From Patescibacteria group bacterium (GTDB taxonomy: Bacteria > Patescibacteriota > Gracilibacteria > UBA1369 > PNNO01): a stretch of DNA of 64,000 nt. Under the pieces are notes generated by a model. It made no database searches. It worked only from the letters and a program-made list of their open reading frames with translations, and had not been told where the DNA came from. Positions within the stretch are counted from its first letter, which is position 1. Every line of letters starts with the position of its first letter. Below, piece after piece: positions 36,474 through 48,400 of the stretch. Location of the stretch: positions 9,266 to 73,265 of the forward strand of contig JBHPDK010000003.1 in NCBI GenBank assembly GCA_042577965.1. Reading direction: 5' to 3'. The translations under genes and the position numbers were made by a program.

Positions 36474-36474
36474 T

Positions 36475-36852
36475 TTAAGCTTTAATTTTTACAACTTTCC
36501 TTTTATTTAACTTCTTGCTAAGAAAAGGCCAAACCATAATATACACAATTCCCGCAAGTCCAAGATATCCAACAATTTCAATCTTCACAGGGAAAATAAA
36601 AATAAATGAAACAACTCCAATCACAAATTCAAGAATGAGCGACATAAAACCAAGTGTTTCGCGTGCTTTATAAAACTGCCCAATAATAGCAAGTACAATC
36701 AGCCCGATAAATAAAGGCTGCAGTAAAGCCGGATCCAAAAATCCTCCAAGCCCTATAGCAATAAAACCAGGTGTAATTAATGGAGCCCCAAGGCCCAGTA
36801 AACCAATAATAATTGCTAAAATATTCCCAATATAAACAAGTGAGCGTTTCAT
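36475..36852 (-). CDS. Hypothetical small membrane protein
   Basis: 125 aa with 4 TM segments. Ends 1 nt before amrS. Confidence 0.4.
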   Translation of the reverse strand: MKRSLVYIGNILAIIIGLLGLGAPLITPGFIAIGLGGFLDPALLQPLFIGLIVLAIIGQFYKARETLGFMSLILEFVIGVVSFIFIFPVKIEIVGYLGLAGIVYIMVWPFLSKKLNKRKVVKIKA

Positions 36853-36881
36853 GTGATAAAATTGTTAATTTCACCTTAAGA

Positions 36882-37790
36882 TCATAACATATTTTGTATA
36901 TTTCTTTTAAGCCCTTTTAATCCTGCACGCTTGAGTGGTGAGCCAGCGAATCGTCGCTTAAATTCTTCTTCGGTCATACTGGCGATTTCTTGAGGATTTA
37001 AAGATGGGCCAGCAATATGGTTTGTGAATTCAGGGATTTCAGTTTGCTTTGCGCGGCAATTATGTGGGCACACTTCCTGGCAGATATCGCATCCAAAAGC
37101 GCGATCTTTTATATCAACTGTTAGTTCGCCTTTATTTTCAATTGTTTGATACGAAATGCATTTGCGTGCATCAAGCTCGTAAGGCTTGTTCAATGCCTTT
37201 GTTGGGCAAGCATTGATACACTTTTCGCAAGAGCCACATTCGCCATGAAAGTCTCGTAAAACTTTAAAAGGTCCGAACTTTAAAGTAGTAATAATCTCAG
37301 CCAAAAATATCCATGATCCAAAATCTTTGTTTATTAAAGTGGTGTTCTTTCCAATAAATCCAAGACCTGCCTTAACTGCAAATCCGCGTTCCAATACAGG
37401 GCCTGCATCAGAATATAATTTAAAATCCTGTTTTGTTGCGGTTGCTTGCGATTTTTCAATAATAAACTGCCGGATCTTTTTCAATTTTTTTTCAAAAACT
37501 TTGTGATAATCCTTTCCAAAAGCATAACGTGCAACTTTACAATCTGCGTTGCCTGCGCCTTTTTGATAATAATTCATTCCTAGGCAAATTATTGACTTAG
37601 CTCCAGGTAGAATTTTTTGAGGATCAGTCCGCGCCTGCGAATTTTTTTCCATATATTCCATATCAGCGTCAAAGCCTTGCTGAAGCCAATCTTTTAAATG
37701 CTTTGCTTCAGTCGCGAGAGGCTTAGCCGGAATTATTCGAACAAGATCGAAGCCAAGTTTGAGTGCGAAATTTTTAATCTCTTTATGCAT
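36882..37790 (-). CDS. queG: Epoxyqueuosine reductase QueG
   Basis: Two ferredoxin-type clusters (CGSCEKCINACP, CDICQEVCP) and N-terminal DMEYMEKN...RTDP. Start trimmed to ATG 37790. Confidence 0.8.
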   Translation of the reverse strand: MHKEIKNFALKLGFDLVRIIPAKPLATEAKHLKDWLQQGFDADMEYMEKNSQARTDPQKILPGAKSIICLGMNYYQKGAGNADCKVARYAFGKDYHKVFEKKLKKIRQFIIEKSQATATKQDFKLYSDAGPVLERGFAVKAGLGFIGKNTTLINKDFGSWIFLAEIITTLKFGPFKVLRDFHGECGSCEKCINACPTKALNKPYELDARKCISYQTIENKGELTVDIKDRAFGCDICQEVCPHNCRAKQTEIPEFTNHIAGPSLNPQEIASMTEEEFKRRFAGSPLKRAGLKGLKRNIQNML

Positions 37791-37835
37791 GACTTTAAAA
37801 ATATACAGCAAAAAGGCAGCAAAAACGATAGTGCC

Positions 37836-39755
37836 CTAAGGCACTAAAGACTCGAATTCTGCAATTTTCTCAGCGGTAGCTTTATATGGATCTCTGATTT
37901 CTAATATTTCTTTATAAAAAGATAAAGCCTGAGGATACTCTTCATAGAATTCAAACATTTGAGCAGCTTTATAAATGTATAAAGGATTATTTCTACTATT
38001 GTCTTTTGCATGTAAAATAAATTCTTTAGCTTTAGCTGAGTATTCAGTATATTTTTCTTTATTTTCTTGATTTAAATCTGCTAAGCGTGAATTTACCAAT
38101 CCTATATTTGCTAACACATTTGGATAATTTGAATTTAGAAGTTTTGATAATTCATAATTATAGGCTGCATCTATTAAATAAGTACTTTGCGCTTCATCTG
38201 GCATTCTTATTCCTAATTCAAAAAGGAAGTCTCCGTGCCCTTCATAATACTTTGCCATATGCGGCATTAACTCCTGTGAGTTTTCAAAATGCTCAATTGT
38301 CTGCTCTAAATCCCCTTTTGCAGCATATGCACTTGCCTGCTTAAAATGATATTCAGCGCGAAGAGAATTTAATGAGTAGTATCCAAAAACAATAAACAAA
38401 GCAACTGCTGTAAGTAATATAATAAATTTTAAAATTATATTATTTTTAATCTGAATTTCTTTTTTATCAATTTCAGCATATGAAATTAAAGCTCCAATCA
38501 AAGTATAAAAAATAAATAATGTTGTTACTGTTCCAAAACTAATCGAGACCTGAATCAAATAAACCAAAAGTGCTGTTAATAATCCAAATACATAAATACG
38601 GTCTTTATCATCAGCCTTTTTCATATATCGAAGTGTGTACACAAACAACATCACGATCATTGCAGCATAAATTAAAAATCCAATAAGACCCTGTGTTGCG
38701 AAAATATTCAGATAATCATTATGAGCTGTTTCAGGCGTAATTTGATCCTGTGCATCATCAGGCACTCTGTAGTCGGTTCTGCGATATTTATTATAGATAT
38801 CTTTATATGATGAAAGCCCGTGACCTAATAATGGTTTATCTTTTATCATTTCAAAACTGCTGAACCACCAGCTTACTCTGTCAGGCACGTTGCCTTGCAA
38901 AACAAAAGTTATTGTAGAAGTTGTTCTTTCAACTACGCCTATTTTGCTTATTGGGCCGCTTAATAAAATGCCTAAAATTGCAGCTAAAATTAAACCTGCG
39001 ATTGTATATTTGAATGTTTTTTTAGATAGCTTTTTCTTTTTAAGAATAAAGATAAGCCAAAATACACCTGCTACCAAAACAGCAAATACACCTCCACGAC
39101 TTGCAGTTAAAATTAAAGTTAAACCAAGTAGAATTAAGCCAATCCAAAGTACGGTTTTAAATGTGCTCTTTTTTTCATTAAATATCAGGCTCAAAAGAAG
39201 CATTAAATTCATACCCAAATATGCTGCTGTGTGATTGCTGTGGCCGATTGTACTAAATACCCTATCCATTGGATTCATTGACCATGGAATAACATTCACA
39301 AATAAATTAAAATATTGAAGCAGGCCATATATAGCTATTAAAAAAGATGTAAAAACCGATACCCACATTAAATTTTTAATTTTTTCTTTTGAATTTAAAA
39401 AACTAAAAACTATGTATATCCAGAATAAAAGGTTAATTACTGTAAAAATCCCGATAAATCTGCCGTAAGTTCCAAATAAACTTGTATAAACATTAACTGT
39501 AACAAAAGTATTAACTATTGAAACACCTGCATAAGCAATTACTAACCAAAAAATTTTTGCGAATCGAATTTTTAACTTTTCATCAAATAAACAGCGCATG
39601 CCCCAAAGCAAAATTATCACTAAAGTTATTACTCTAAACAGGTAAAGCTTAGGCGTTGTAAAAACTGAATTAACCTGCGGCAAAAATAAAAGTGGTACTA
39701 ATATTACTGAAATATAAATTAACCATTCAATACCTTTATCTAAATATTTTTTCAT
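37836..39755 (-). CDS. O-antigen ligase/polymerase-like (Wzy_C) membrane protein with C-terminal TPR repeats
   Basis: More than 10 TM segments, TASRGG and GHGLSSY motifs, and a TPR-like C-terminus. Confidence 0.7.
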   Translation of the reverse strand: MKKYLDKGIEWLIYISVILVPLLFLPQVNSVFTTPKLYLFRVITLVIILLWGMRCLFDEKLKIRFAKIFWLVIAYAGVSIVNTFVTVNVYTSLFGTYGRFIGIFTVINLLFWIYIVFSFLNSKEKIKNLMWVSVFTSFLIAIYGLLQYFNLFVNVIPWSMNPMDRVFSTIGHSNHTAAYLGMNLMLLLSLIFNEKKSTFKTVLWIGLILLGLTLILTASRGGVFAVLVAGVFWLIFILKKKKLSKKTFKYTIAGLILAAILGILLSGPISKIGVVERTTSTITFVLQGNVPDRVSWWFSSFEMIKDKPLLGHGLSSYKDIYNKYRRTDYRVPDDAQDQITPETAHNDYLNIFATQGLIGFLIYAAMIVMLFVYTLRYMKKADDKDRIYVFGLLTALLVYLIQVSISFGTVTTLFIFYTLIGALISYAEIDKKEIQIKNNIILKFIILLTAVALFIVFGYYSLNSLRAEYHFKQASAYAAKGDLEQTIEHFENSQELMPHMAKYYEGHGDFLFELGIRMPDEAQSTYLIDAAYNYELSKLLNSNYPNVLANIGLVNSRLADLNQENKEKYTEYSAKAKEFILHAKDNSRNNPLYIYKAAQMFEFYEEYPQALSFYKEILEIRDPYKATAEKIAEFESLVP

Positions 39756-39767
39756 AAATTATTTGAA

Positions 39768-41138
39768 TTAAAATGCACCTTTTCCGGTTATTACAGCCCA
39801 CACAGTCTTAATTAATATTACTAAATCAAGAAGCAGGGACTGGTTTTGAATATAATAAAAGTCATATTCCATATTCTCATGAAGTGGCAGATCTTTTCTA
39901 CCTAAAATTTGCCAAAGCCCGGTTAAACCTGGTTTAACCTCTAATCTTTTTCGTTGCCATTTTGAATATTTTTTAACAATAAACGGCATTTCCGGGCGCG
40001 GGCCAACTAAAGACATCTCATCTTTTAATACATTTAATAATTGAGGAAGCTCATCCAAACTTGTTTTTCTTAAAAACCGCCCAATTCGTGTAATTCTTTT
40101 ATCTCCGGGTTTAAATGGAGCAACCTCATACGAACCCACTGCGGTTTTCATGGTTCTGAACTTATATAATTTAAATTCGCGGCCTTCAAGCCCAACCCTT
40201 TTGTGAATAAAATGAGCCTTACCTTTTGAATCCAGACGAATCAAAATTACAATTAAAAGCCAAACAGGCGATAATAAAACAATCATTATCAAAGAAGCAA
40301 AAATATCAATAAACCTTTTGGTTAAGCGGTATAAAATATTTGGCTTTCGCGGCTTAACATCAATTGAAGGAATCCCTTCAAGTTCACTTATATTAATATT
40401 CCCAACTAAAATTTCGTATAAAGATGAAACAAGTTTAAATTTAACATTCAAATTTCCGCACTCTGTCATAAGTTCGAGCATTTTTTCATGCGGCATCATT
40501 GGGTCAGAAACATAAACAATATCGATTTTGTGTTTTTTAATAATTTGTGCGAGTTTCTCTAACTTACCGAGTAACTTTACCCGATTCTTGCGCACATTAT
40601 CATCAACAAATCCAACAATCTGATATCCGAAATCCTTAAATTTCTCTATCTGCTGCGCTAATTTGCGACCCGGCTTACCAGCACCAATAATTAAAATTTT
40701 ACTAATTCCGCGGCCTTTTTTAATTAAAAATTTTTGATAAACCCGTATAAAATATCGACCCAAATTTAAAAACACTGCACTTGATCCAATAAAAATTAAA
40801 ACAAATCCACGGGAATAATCATATTTATATAAAAATGAACCAGCCATTAATAAAATTGCTGTCATTAAAATACCTTTTATTACTGCAAAGATTTCACTTG
40901 TACTTTCAACCCGGATTTTCTGTTCATAAAGTCCGGAAAAATAAAAAACAATTACCAAAATCAAGAATGCCACAGGCAGAGCTTTCATATAAATTAAAAT
41001 CGGCTGAATTGGCTCACTATAGGCGTTTCTTAAATAATAAGCACATACAAAACTAATCAGAAAAAATATTAAATCTGAAATAAGAAGTATAATTAAGGAC
41101 GGTTTTTTTTGATCAATAAGTCGGAGGAAGCTTTGCAT
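39768..41138 (-). CDS. Polyprenyl-phosphate glycosyl-1-phosphate transferase (WbaP-like bacterial sugar transferase)
   Basis: KRFIDIFASLIMIVLLSP, KFRTM, DELPQLLNVLKDEMSLVGPRP. Confidence 0.85.
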   Translation of the reverse strand: MQSFLRLIDQKKPSLIILLISDLIFFLISFVCAYYLRNAYSEPIQPILIYMKALPVAFLILVIVFYFSGLYEQKIRVESTSEIFAVIKGILMTAILLMAGSFLYKYDYSRGFVLIFIGSSAVFLNLGRYFIRVYQKFLIKKGRGISKILIIGAGKPGRKLAQQIEKFKDFGYQIVGFVDDNVRKNRVKLLGKLEKLAQIIKKHKIDIVYVSDPMMPHEKMLELMTECGNLNVKFKLVSSLYEILVGNINISELEGIPSIDVKPRKPNILYRLTKRFIDIFASLIMIVLLSPVWLLIVILIRLDSKGKAHFIHKRVGLEGREFKLYKFRTMKTAVGSYEVAPFKPGDKRITRIGRFLRKTSLDELPQLLNVLKDEMSLVGPRPEMPFIVKKYSKWQRKRLEVKPGLTGLWQILGRKDLPLHENMEYDFYYIQNQSLLLDLVILIKTVWAVITGKGAF

Positions 41139-42135
41139 ATTTTTCTAAATGTTTTGATTTGTAAATAAACCACTTGCGCATATCAAAACGCGTAACTCGT
41201 TTACGTTTCATTATTATTTTACGTGATTTCAATGTTTGAGGCAGCATTTTTAAATATTTAAACCAGCCTTTAAGCCAGTGGAGTTTTAAAAAACTTTTTG
41301 TGAGTCTTTTTTTTGAAAGAGACCAGAAATCACGAATCATAGTGCCGACAAATTCATTTTTCAATAGCATTAAGCGTTCATTTATTATAAATTGCCTCTT
41401 TTCAATTGCTTTGCTTTTTTCAATAGTTGCTTTTTTTCTAGTGTCCCTAAAATGATAGCTAACCATTGAAGGCTGAAAAAAAACCTTCCAACCAAATAAA
41501 TGCAAACGCCAGCATAAATCAACATCCTCTAAATATAAAAAGAAGTTTTCATCAAAATAATCCCCCATTATTCTTGCATCTTCGAGTGCACTTTTTCGAT
41601 AAAATCCGCAAATATTCCGAATACTAAAAATTTCCTGAGGATCCTCAAACTGACCTTCATCACGGGCTCCCCTTGCACTTAAAATTTCGCGATCAATATA
41701 AGCGTGAACACCAACTGTATCAAAATAAGGTGTTTTACCTGATGTATTAAAATCATATTGATAAACTTTACCCATCATTGCTGCAATATGCCTGTCGTGC
41801 TGCATTTTTTTAACTGCCTGTTCAAGGTAATCTTTTTCTAAAATCACATCAGGATTCATTAAAAGAACATATTCGCCGCTACAACATTTAATGCCCTGAT
41901 TTAAAGCTGGCCCAAAACCAATATTCTTCATATTGCGCACTGTGCTCACCCATTTATAATTTCTTTGAATATGGGCAATACTGCCGTCAAACGAAGCATT
42001 ATCAATAAAAATCACTTCAATATTTGCTGAATTATAAATTGTCTGATGCTGAATGGATTTCAAACAGGCATCCAGGTATTTTTTTGCTTTATACCCGACA
42101 ATAATTATTGAAATTTCTGGAAGCTGGATTACCAT
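41113..42135 (-). CDS. Family 2 glycosyltransferase
   Basis: SIIIVGYKAKKYLDACLKSI, DNASFDGS, and a DVD acidic motif. Confidence 0.8.
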   Translation of the reverse strand: MVIQLPEISIIIVGYKAKKYLDACLKSIQHQTIYNSANIEVIFIDNASFDGSIAHIQRNYKWVSTVRNMKNIGFGPALNQGIKCCSGEYVLLMNPDVILEKDYLEQAVKKMQHDRHIAAMMGKVYQYDFNTSGKTPYFDTVGVHAYIDREILSARGARDEGQFEDPQEIFSIRNICGFYRKSALEDARIMGDYFDENFFLYLEDVDLCWRLHLFGWKVFFQPSMVSYHFRDTRKKATIEKSKAIEKRQFIINERLMLLKNEFVGTMIRDFWSLSKKRLTKSFLKLHWLKGWFKYLKMLPQTLKSRKIIMKRKRVTRFDMRKWFIYKSKHLEKYAKLPPTY

Positions 42136-42284
42136 GGCTCAATTTTAACATAAATGCAGGAAGTGAGGTAGCGCCCTCGTTTAAAAGCTCCCTATACAAT
42201 TTGCTATAATTTTTATATAAATTTGTATATAGCACCTCTGAAGCACCTCTGGATTTATCCAATCCATTTTGTTAATATCGGTGC

Positions 42285-43433
42285 ATGAGTAAACATTATT
42301 TTACATCAGAATCCGTTACCAGTGGCCATCCTGACAAAATAGCTGATCAAGTTTCAGATGCAATTTTAGATGCGATTCTGGAACAGGATCCTTATGGACG
42401 TGTTGCATGCGAAACACTCGTTACAACAGGCCTTGTTTTTGTTGCAGGTGAAATTACTACTGATTGTTATGTGGAAATTCCTGAAATTGCACGAAAGGTG
42501 GTTAAGGATATTGGTTATACAAGGGCAAAATTCGGATTTGACAATGAAACATGCTCAGTAATCAGTTCGATCCATGAACAAAGTAAGGATATTGCTGTTG
42601 GTGTAAATAAAAAGCATGTTATTGATAAAAATCTGGGTGCAGGTGATCAGGGAATTATGATTGGATATGCCTGTGATGAAACTCCTGAGCTAATGCCGCT
42701 TCCAATTAGTCTTGCTCATAAGCTGGCAATGCGGCTTGAAGAAGTTCGGAAGAAGAAAATCATGCCTTATTTAAGGCCGGATGGAAAAACTCAGGTAACA
42801 GTTGAATATTCGGATGGGAAGATTAAGAGAGTTGATCAGGTTGTTGTTTCAGCTCAGCATAATCCAAAAGTTAAACAGCCTGAAATAGCACGCGATATTA
42901 AAAAGCATGTTGTTAAGCCGATTTGTGACGGACTTGTTGATAAAAATACGAAATACCATATTAATCCAACTGGTATTTTTACAATTGGAGGGCCAATGGG
43001 TGACACAGGACTCACAGGCAGAAAGATAATTGTTGATACATATGGTGGCTCAGCTGCTCATGGCGGCGGATGTTTTAGCGGAAAGGATCCAACTAAGGTT
43101 GATAGAAGTGCAACATACATGGCGCGTTATATTGCTAAAAACGTTGTTGCAAGCGGGATTGCGCAAAAATGCGAAATTCAGCTTTCTTATGCGATTGGAG
43201 TAACTCATCCGTTATCAATAGAAGTTAAAACTTATGGAACAGGAAAAGTAAGTGACCGTAAAATTGAAAAAATGATTCTTGATAATTTTGATTTAAGCCC
43301 TGCCGGAATAATTACTTACCTCAATTTACTCAGGCCGATTTACCAAAAAACTGCTTGTTATGGTCATTTTGGCCGTGAACTTGATGACTTTACCTGGGAA
43401 AAAACCAATAAAACTAACGTATTTAAAAAATGA
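42285..43433 (+). CDS. metK: S-adenosylmethionine synthase
   Basis: [48 protein letters not shown]. Confidence 0.95.
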   Translation: MSKHYFTSESVTSGHPDKIADQVSDAILDAILEQDPYGRVACETLVTTGLVFVAGEITTDCYVEIPEIARKVVKDIGYTRAKFGFDNETCSVISSIHEQSKDIAVGVNKKHVIDKNLGAGDQGIMIGYACDETPELMPLPISLAHKLAMRLEEVRKKKIMPYLRPDGKTQVTVEYSDGKIKRVDQVVVSAQHNPKVKQPEIARDIKKHVVKPICDGLVDKNTKYHINPTGIFTIGGPMGDTGLTGRKIIVDTYGGSAAHGGGCFSGKDPTKVDRSATYMARYIAKNVVASGIAQKCEIQLSYAIGVTHPLSIEVKTYGTGKVSDRKIEKMILDNFDLSPAGIITYLNLLRPIYQKTACYGHFGRELDDFTWEKTNKTNVFKK

Positions 43434-44674
43434 CTAATGAAGAATTAATTAAACAGGGTCAAAACAATATGGCTTTGGCTGAAAGCAACATGGGTGCACT
43501 TTTAAAAATCCGCGAAAGATTTGAAAAAGAGCGGCCTTTGGAAGGTGTGCGAATCGGAATGGCTTTGCATATAACAAAAGAAACTGCAGCTTTAGTTAAA
43601 ACTTTGCAGGCAGGAGGCGCTGAGGTAGCAGTTGCTGGCTGCAATCCTTTATCAACTCAGGACGATGTAGCAGAGGCTCTTCGAAGCGAAAACATTAAAG
43701 CATATGGCAAAAAAGGCCAGACATCAGAAGAATATTATGATTGCCTTAATAGCGTTTTAGACTTAAAGCCTCATATTACAATTGATGATGGATGCGACCT
43801 TGTTACAGAAATCCATACAAAACGAACTGATTTGATGGATGAAATTATTGGTGGATGCGAAGAAACAACAACAGGAATTATCAGGCTCCATTCAATGGTT
43901 CGTGATGGCGCTTTAAAATACCCTGTTATTGCAGTTAACGACAACAATACAAAGCATTTAATGGACAACTACTACGGAACCGGGCAATCAACATGGGACG
44001 GTATATTAAGAGCTACAAACACGTTAGTTTGCGGCAAAACTGTTGTTATTGCTGGTTACGGCAGCTGCGGTAAAGGTTGTGCAATGCGTGCAAAAGGCAT
44101 GGGTGCAAATGTAATTGTTACTGAGGTTGATGCATTCCCTGCGCTTCAGGCACATATGGATGGATTCAGGGTAATGGAAATGAAAGACGCTGCGCCTCTT
44201 GGCGACATTTTTATAACTGTAACAGGTAATAAGCATGTAATCAGACCTGAGCATGTAAAAGTAATGAAAAAGGGCGCTATACTTGCGAATTCAGGGCATT
44301 TTGATATTGAAATTGATGTAAAGGGTATTCGTGAAACAGCAAGCAATACAGAGCAGGTAAGGCCGTTTATGGAGAAGTTTGAGGTTGATGGTCCTGAATA
44401 TATTTATATTCTTGCAGAAGGCCGATTAATTAACCTTTCAGCAGCTGAGGGGCATCCATCAGATGTTATGTCTATGAGCTTTTGCGGCCAGGTACTTGCA
44501 TGCGAATATCTGGTTAAGAATAAAGGCAAACTTGATCCCGCAGTTATTCAGCTGCCTGAAGAAATTGACGACGAGATAGCACAGCTTCAACTTGATGTAA
44601 TGGATGTTAAAATCGATAAACTCACAAAGGAGCAGATTGAATATTTAAACTCTTGGCAAGAAGGTACCAGTTAG
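43430..44674 (+). CDS. ahcY: Adenosylhomocysteinase
   Basis: EETTTG and the NAD-binding [10 protein letters not shown] motif. Overlaps metK by 4 nt. Confidence 0.95.
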   Translation: MTNEELIKQGQNNMALAESNMGALLKIRERFEKERPLEGVRIGMALHITKETAALVKTLQAGGAEVAVAGCNPLSTQDDVAEALRSENIKAYGKKGQTSEEYYDCLNSVLDLKPHITIDDGCDLVTEIHTKRTDLMDEIIGGCEETTTGIIRLHSMVRDGALKYPVIAVNDNNTKHLMDNYYGTGQSTWDGILRATNTLVCGKTVVIAGYGSCGKGCAMRAKGMGANVIVTEVDAFPALQAHMDGFRVMEMKDAAPLGDIFITVTGNKHVIRPEHVKVMKKGAILANSGHFDIEIDVKGIRETASNTEQVRPFMEKFEVDGPEYIYILAEGRLINLSAAEGHPSDVMSMSFCGQVLACEYLVKNKGKLDPAVIQLPEEIDDEIAQLQLDVMDVKIDKLTKEQIEYLNSWQEGTS

Positions 44675-44712
44675 TATATAATCAGCACCTAAATAATTTA
44701 ACAAATAATAAT

Positions 44713-45381
44713 ATGAAAAAGTTATTAGCTTTTTTAGTTGCAGCATCGGTTTTATTAGCTGGATGCGGCGGGCCTGAGGATCCAACAACTGATCTAAATG
44801 ACATTGATGAAACACTGCCGTATTACATTCATTTGATTGGTGATCCTGAATATCATGGTTGGTTTGATAATTTAAAAGAACAACGTGCAAATGCTACGCA
44901 AAGCTCAGGGGATATTTTTATTTTTCATAAAGTAGATTCAGCATTTGATTCAAAAGAATTAGTTGCTGATTTAGTAAATAAAAGATCGGATGGTTATGTG
45001 AATTTTATTTTTGTAGGACTTGGCCCGAATAATTATGAAGGCGGGACTCAGGAACAGGCAGAACAAAGTTTTAATAAGAATAAACAGTTTGTTAATGAAT
45101 TGATTGATCTTACTTTATATAATGATGTTGTTCTGTTAGTTAGCAATGGATATCCAAAACCAGCAGATCAGACTGATGAATATTTATTGTGGAATCATGA
45201 ACAAATGCTTTTATTTTTCAAAGAGCAAATGGAGGCAACCTACAGGGTTTATATGTTTAGTATCAAAAGACCTTTAGGGGATGATGCAGGTGCCTTGATT
45301 GATATGACTGATGAAGAAAAATATGGAAGTCTAACAAATGATTTTATTACTTACCTTACTTTAATAAAAAAGCGTATTTAA
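44713..45381 (+). CDS. Hypothetical lipoprotein
   Basis: MKKLLAFLVAASVLLAGCGG lipobox. Start trimmed to ATG 44713. Confidence 0.6.
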   Translation: MKKLLAFLVAASVLLAGCGGPEDPTTDLNDIDETLPYYIHLIGDPEYHGWFDNLKEQRANATQSSGDIFIFHKVDSAFDSKELVADLVNKRSDGYVNFIFVGLGPNNYEGGTQEQAEQSFNKNKQFVNELIDLTLYNDVVLLVSNGYPKPADQTDEYLLWNHEQMLLFFKEQMEATYRVYMFSIKRPLGDDAGALIDMTDEEKYGSLTNDFITYLTLIKKRI

Positions 45382-45403
45382 AAATTATTTTGATATAACA
45401 AAA

Positions 45404-45428
45404 GCCCCGCCTTACGGCGGGGCTTTTT
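45404..45428. terminator. Bidirectional intrinsic terminator
   Basis: GCCCCGCC-TTAC-GGCGGGGC stem flanked by an A-run and a T-run, between convergent genes. Confidence 0.75.
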
Positions 45429-45462
45429 ATAAATATCTGTTTTAAACTTTAATTTCGAATTA

Positions 45463-48400
45463 TTATCCGAAGAATAAAGTTGTATCAGATACTCCAGTAT
45501 CATTAGTTACACCAATATCAAGTATTCCTGTTGCATCAGTATCATCCCACAGGAATGCTGTTGGAACAGGGAGAGGCAATCCATCGTTATCAGCAATAGA
45601 AACTGACATTATATCAGGAGAAGTTGCATTGAATGTACATGCAGAAGTATCAGCTGTAACAAGGAAGTCGTCATCATTACCTCCAGATACCTGCAGACCA
45701 ACATTATTAGTGAAATCTGCAGCCATGAATGTATCAACAACCGGAACAGTTAATGCAGGACCAGGAATTAACCAGGTTTCTTCACGATATAATTCATAAC
45801 TTCCAGCAGGTGCACAAGTATTAGCTCCTCCACCTGTTGTTGTAAGCAATTCAATGTCATACATTGTCATTGAGTCAGTTCCTTCTACAGAAACATTAAA
45901 TCCAAGTACTGGATGATTAAGACGAGGACTCTGTAGTAATCCATATAGATCTGGACCAGTAGACAATTCGAAGTTTGTAGTGACCATTGGTTTGTTGTTT
46001 CTGATAGTGAAGACTTCAGAACCGCTACCATATACATCAGCTACATAACCTGCACCACCAAGGATGAAGTCATCTGCAAGAGGTAGTGGATAATTAGTAT
46101 CACCAAGATATCCTCCTCCTAGGAGTATTCCAGATGAAGCACCAACTGCTTCAATATCAATATCGTCATTATTGTAATCAGGAAGAACAGGAAGGGCCAA
46201 GGCATTTTCTAATAATTCTACACCCAGATTAACACAGTCTCCAGACATAGCACCTCCACCACCGATACTGTTAGTATCAACAGTTACAGGTAGAATGATT
46301 GTTCCGTCTCTTGGAACTCTTACTCTTCTGTCTCCAGCATCATCAAATGCAAATTCTACATCATTTGCTAATGACTGAAGTGAGAAAGAATATTCATCGT
46401 CTGCATTCGGATAAGGAATGTTAACTGAAGATATTCCAGAAGCATCACATAGCAATCCAGTAGCATCAATATCATTAGTTAGACGTAATTTTCTGATGTC
46501 AATTGGTTCAGCATCAGTTAATTCACGGATTGTGATTTCAGCAACAAGTACACCAGCTGTACCATCAAGAATAATTTCGTCATTTAATGTATCTTCAATA
46601 GATACTTCAATTGCACCATTAGCCATAAATGTCATTAATGGAGCTTCGCCATCAGCATATAGACAACCTTGAGATACTGCTGGACAAACATCAATCTGGT
46701 TAGTTAATGGAACAGCAGTAGCAAGTAATGCGAATCCAAATTCATCATCAGCAGCAACATCTGAATTAGTTGCTATTCCAAATGATACTTCATCACCAGC
46801 ATCAGGACTTGAAGTTCCATTAGCACGAGCTAATACTTTTTCAGTTTGTCCGCTTAGTGTATTAAGATTCACATTATTAAATACACCAAGTCCAGCTGAG
46901 AATGCAGAATCATCAAGGAAGAATAAGCTTCCTCCGTCTTTGTGATATAGTTCAAGATTTGTGAAGAAATCATCACAAGTTCCAGTAAGAACAACCGTTT
47001 CGTCAGTACATGTTAGTTGTATTGTTCTAACAATAAGATCAGAAGCAGTAGTAGCAGTAAGATCGTATCCTACTAAATCAAGTTCTGGTTGATTTCTAAC
47101 TACTGTTTGATCCCATGGAGCAGAAGAAACTTCAACTGTTAAATGTGGTGGAGCAACTGTCTGCCAGTTACCTACAAGAGGTAATCCAGAGATATCTGCT
47201 GCAAGCACCGGATCATCATCAACAGTGTATTCAGCAGTAACACCAACAACAGCGTCACCAAATCCTACTCTGTATTCTGCACCATCAGGAGCACTAGTAT
47301 CTACATCCATAGTAGCCATAAATGGAGTTGTTCCGGTAGATGGAAGAGTAATAATGTCTTCATAAGTCTGTACGCAAGAAGCAGGAACTGGCCATGCAGT
47401 ACATGTTCCATTTGCCGGATCTAATGCAGAAGCAGCAATTTTCCATGCTTCAGTACCTGTATCCCATCTCCATACTTTAAGGTCATCTACTTCTCCAGGA
47501 AGAAGTGCGTTTCCTTCATAGAATACAGTCATATCATATTCAGTAACATCTACAGCATCACCTGCAGTAGAAGCATTGAATCCTAAGAAGTCGTGGTCTT
47601 GTGCATTTGGAGCAACATCACCAACAGTTGGATTGTCAACTGATGTTGAGAATGCAAGACGTCCACCAACGATTTCACGTGGATCTGGTGGCATACTAGC
47701 ACCATCTTCTTCAACATTTAGACCATAGCCGTGTTGACCTCCGAGAATAAAGATATCAGTGTCTCTCTTAATATCCCAGGCAGCAGTGTTTCCAATACCA
47801 CCTACAACGTCATTTCTGAAGTCTAAATTCATTACACCTCCGTCAACAACACTTAGACCTGAACCTGTAAAGTCACATCCCCAGTAATCATCTGCCCAAT
47901 CACAATCAAGTCCTTCAATAGGAGCATTTTCGTAATACCATAGTAGGCTAGCAAAGTCTTCTGGGTCAGCGCTTCCGGTTTGCTTTATTGAAATAAATTG
48001 TAAAATACCATCTTCACCATCTACTTCAATTCTAAGACGAGTCATATCAACGTCAGTATCACCAACATTAATATCACCGCCAAAGTCAGTAGTTGTGTAA
48101 GTAACTGTACCTACAGTAGCAGAAGAAGTGTACATATATTCACCGCAAGCAGCGAAGCTTCCACCTACATCTACTAATTCACCTGAATTTGCACCATATG
48201 CAATTACATCTTCAGGTCCGTTGATACATAGAGCGTTTTCAGAATTTTCCATCGCATCCATGTCACCAACTGATCCTACAAGAAGTTTAGCACCTGGTGG
48301 AACCTGAATAGGAGTACCAGCAAGAGCAAAATCAGCTGAGTTTGAATCATTATTTATATTTTTCCTTGAACCTTGTTGCATACCATCAACATAAAGTCTT

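Noticed and set aside
42136-42284. SAM or SAH riboswitch upstream of metK-ahcY
   Set aside because: None of the conserved cores I know (the SAM-I four-way junction words, the SAM-II pseudoknot, the SAH GCCGAGGAGCGC-type segment) is visible. Only a short direct repeat is present.
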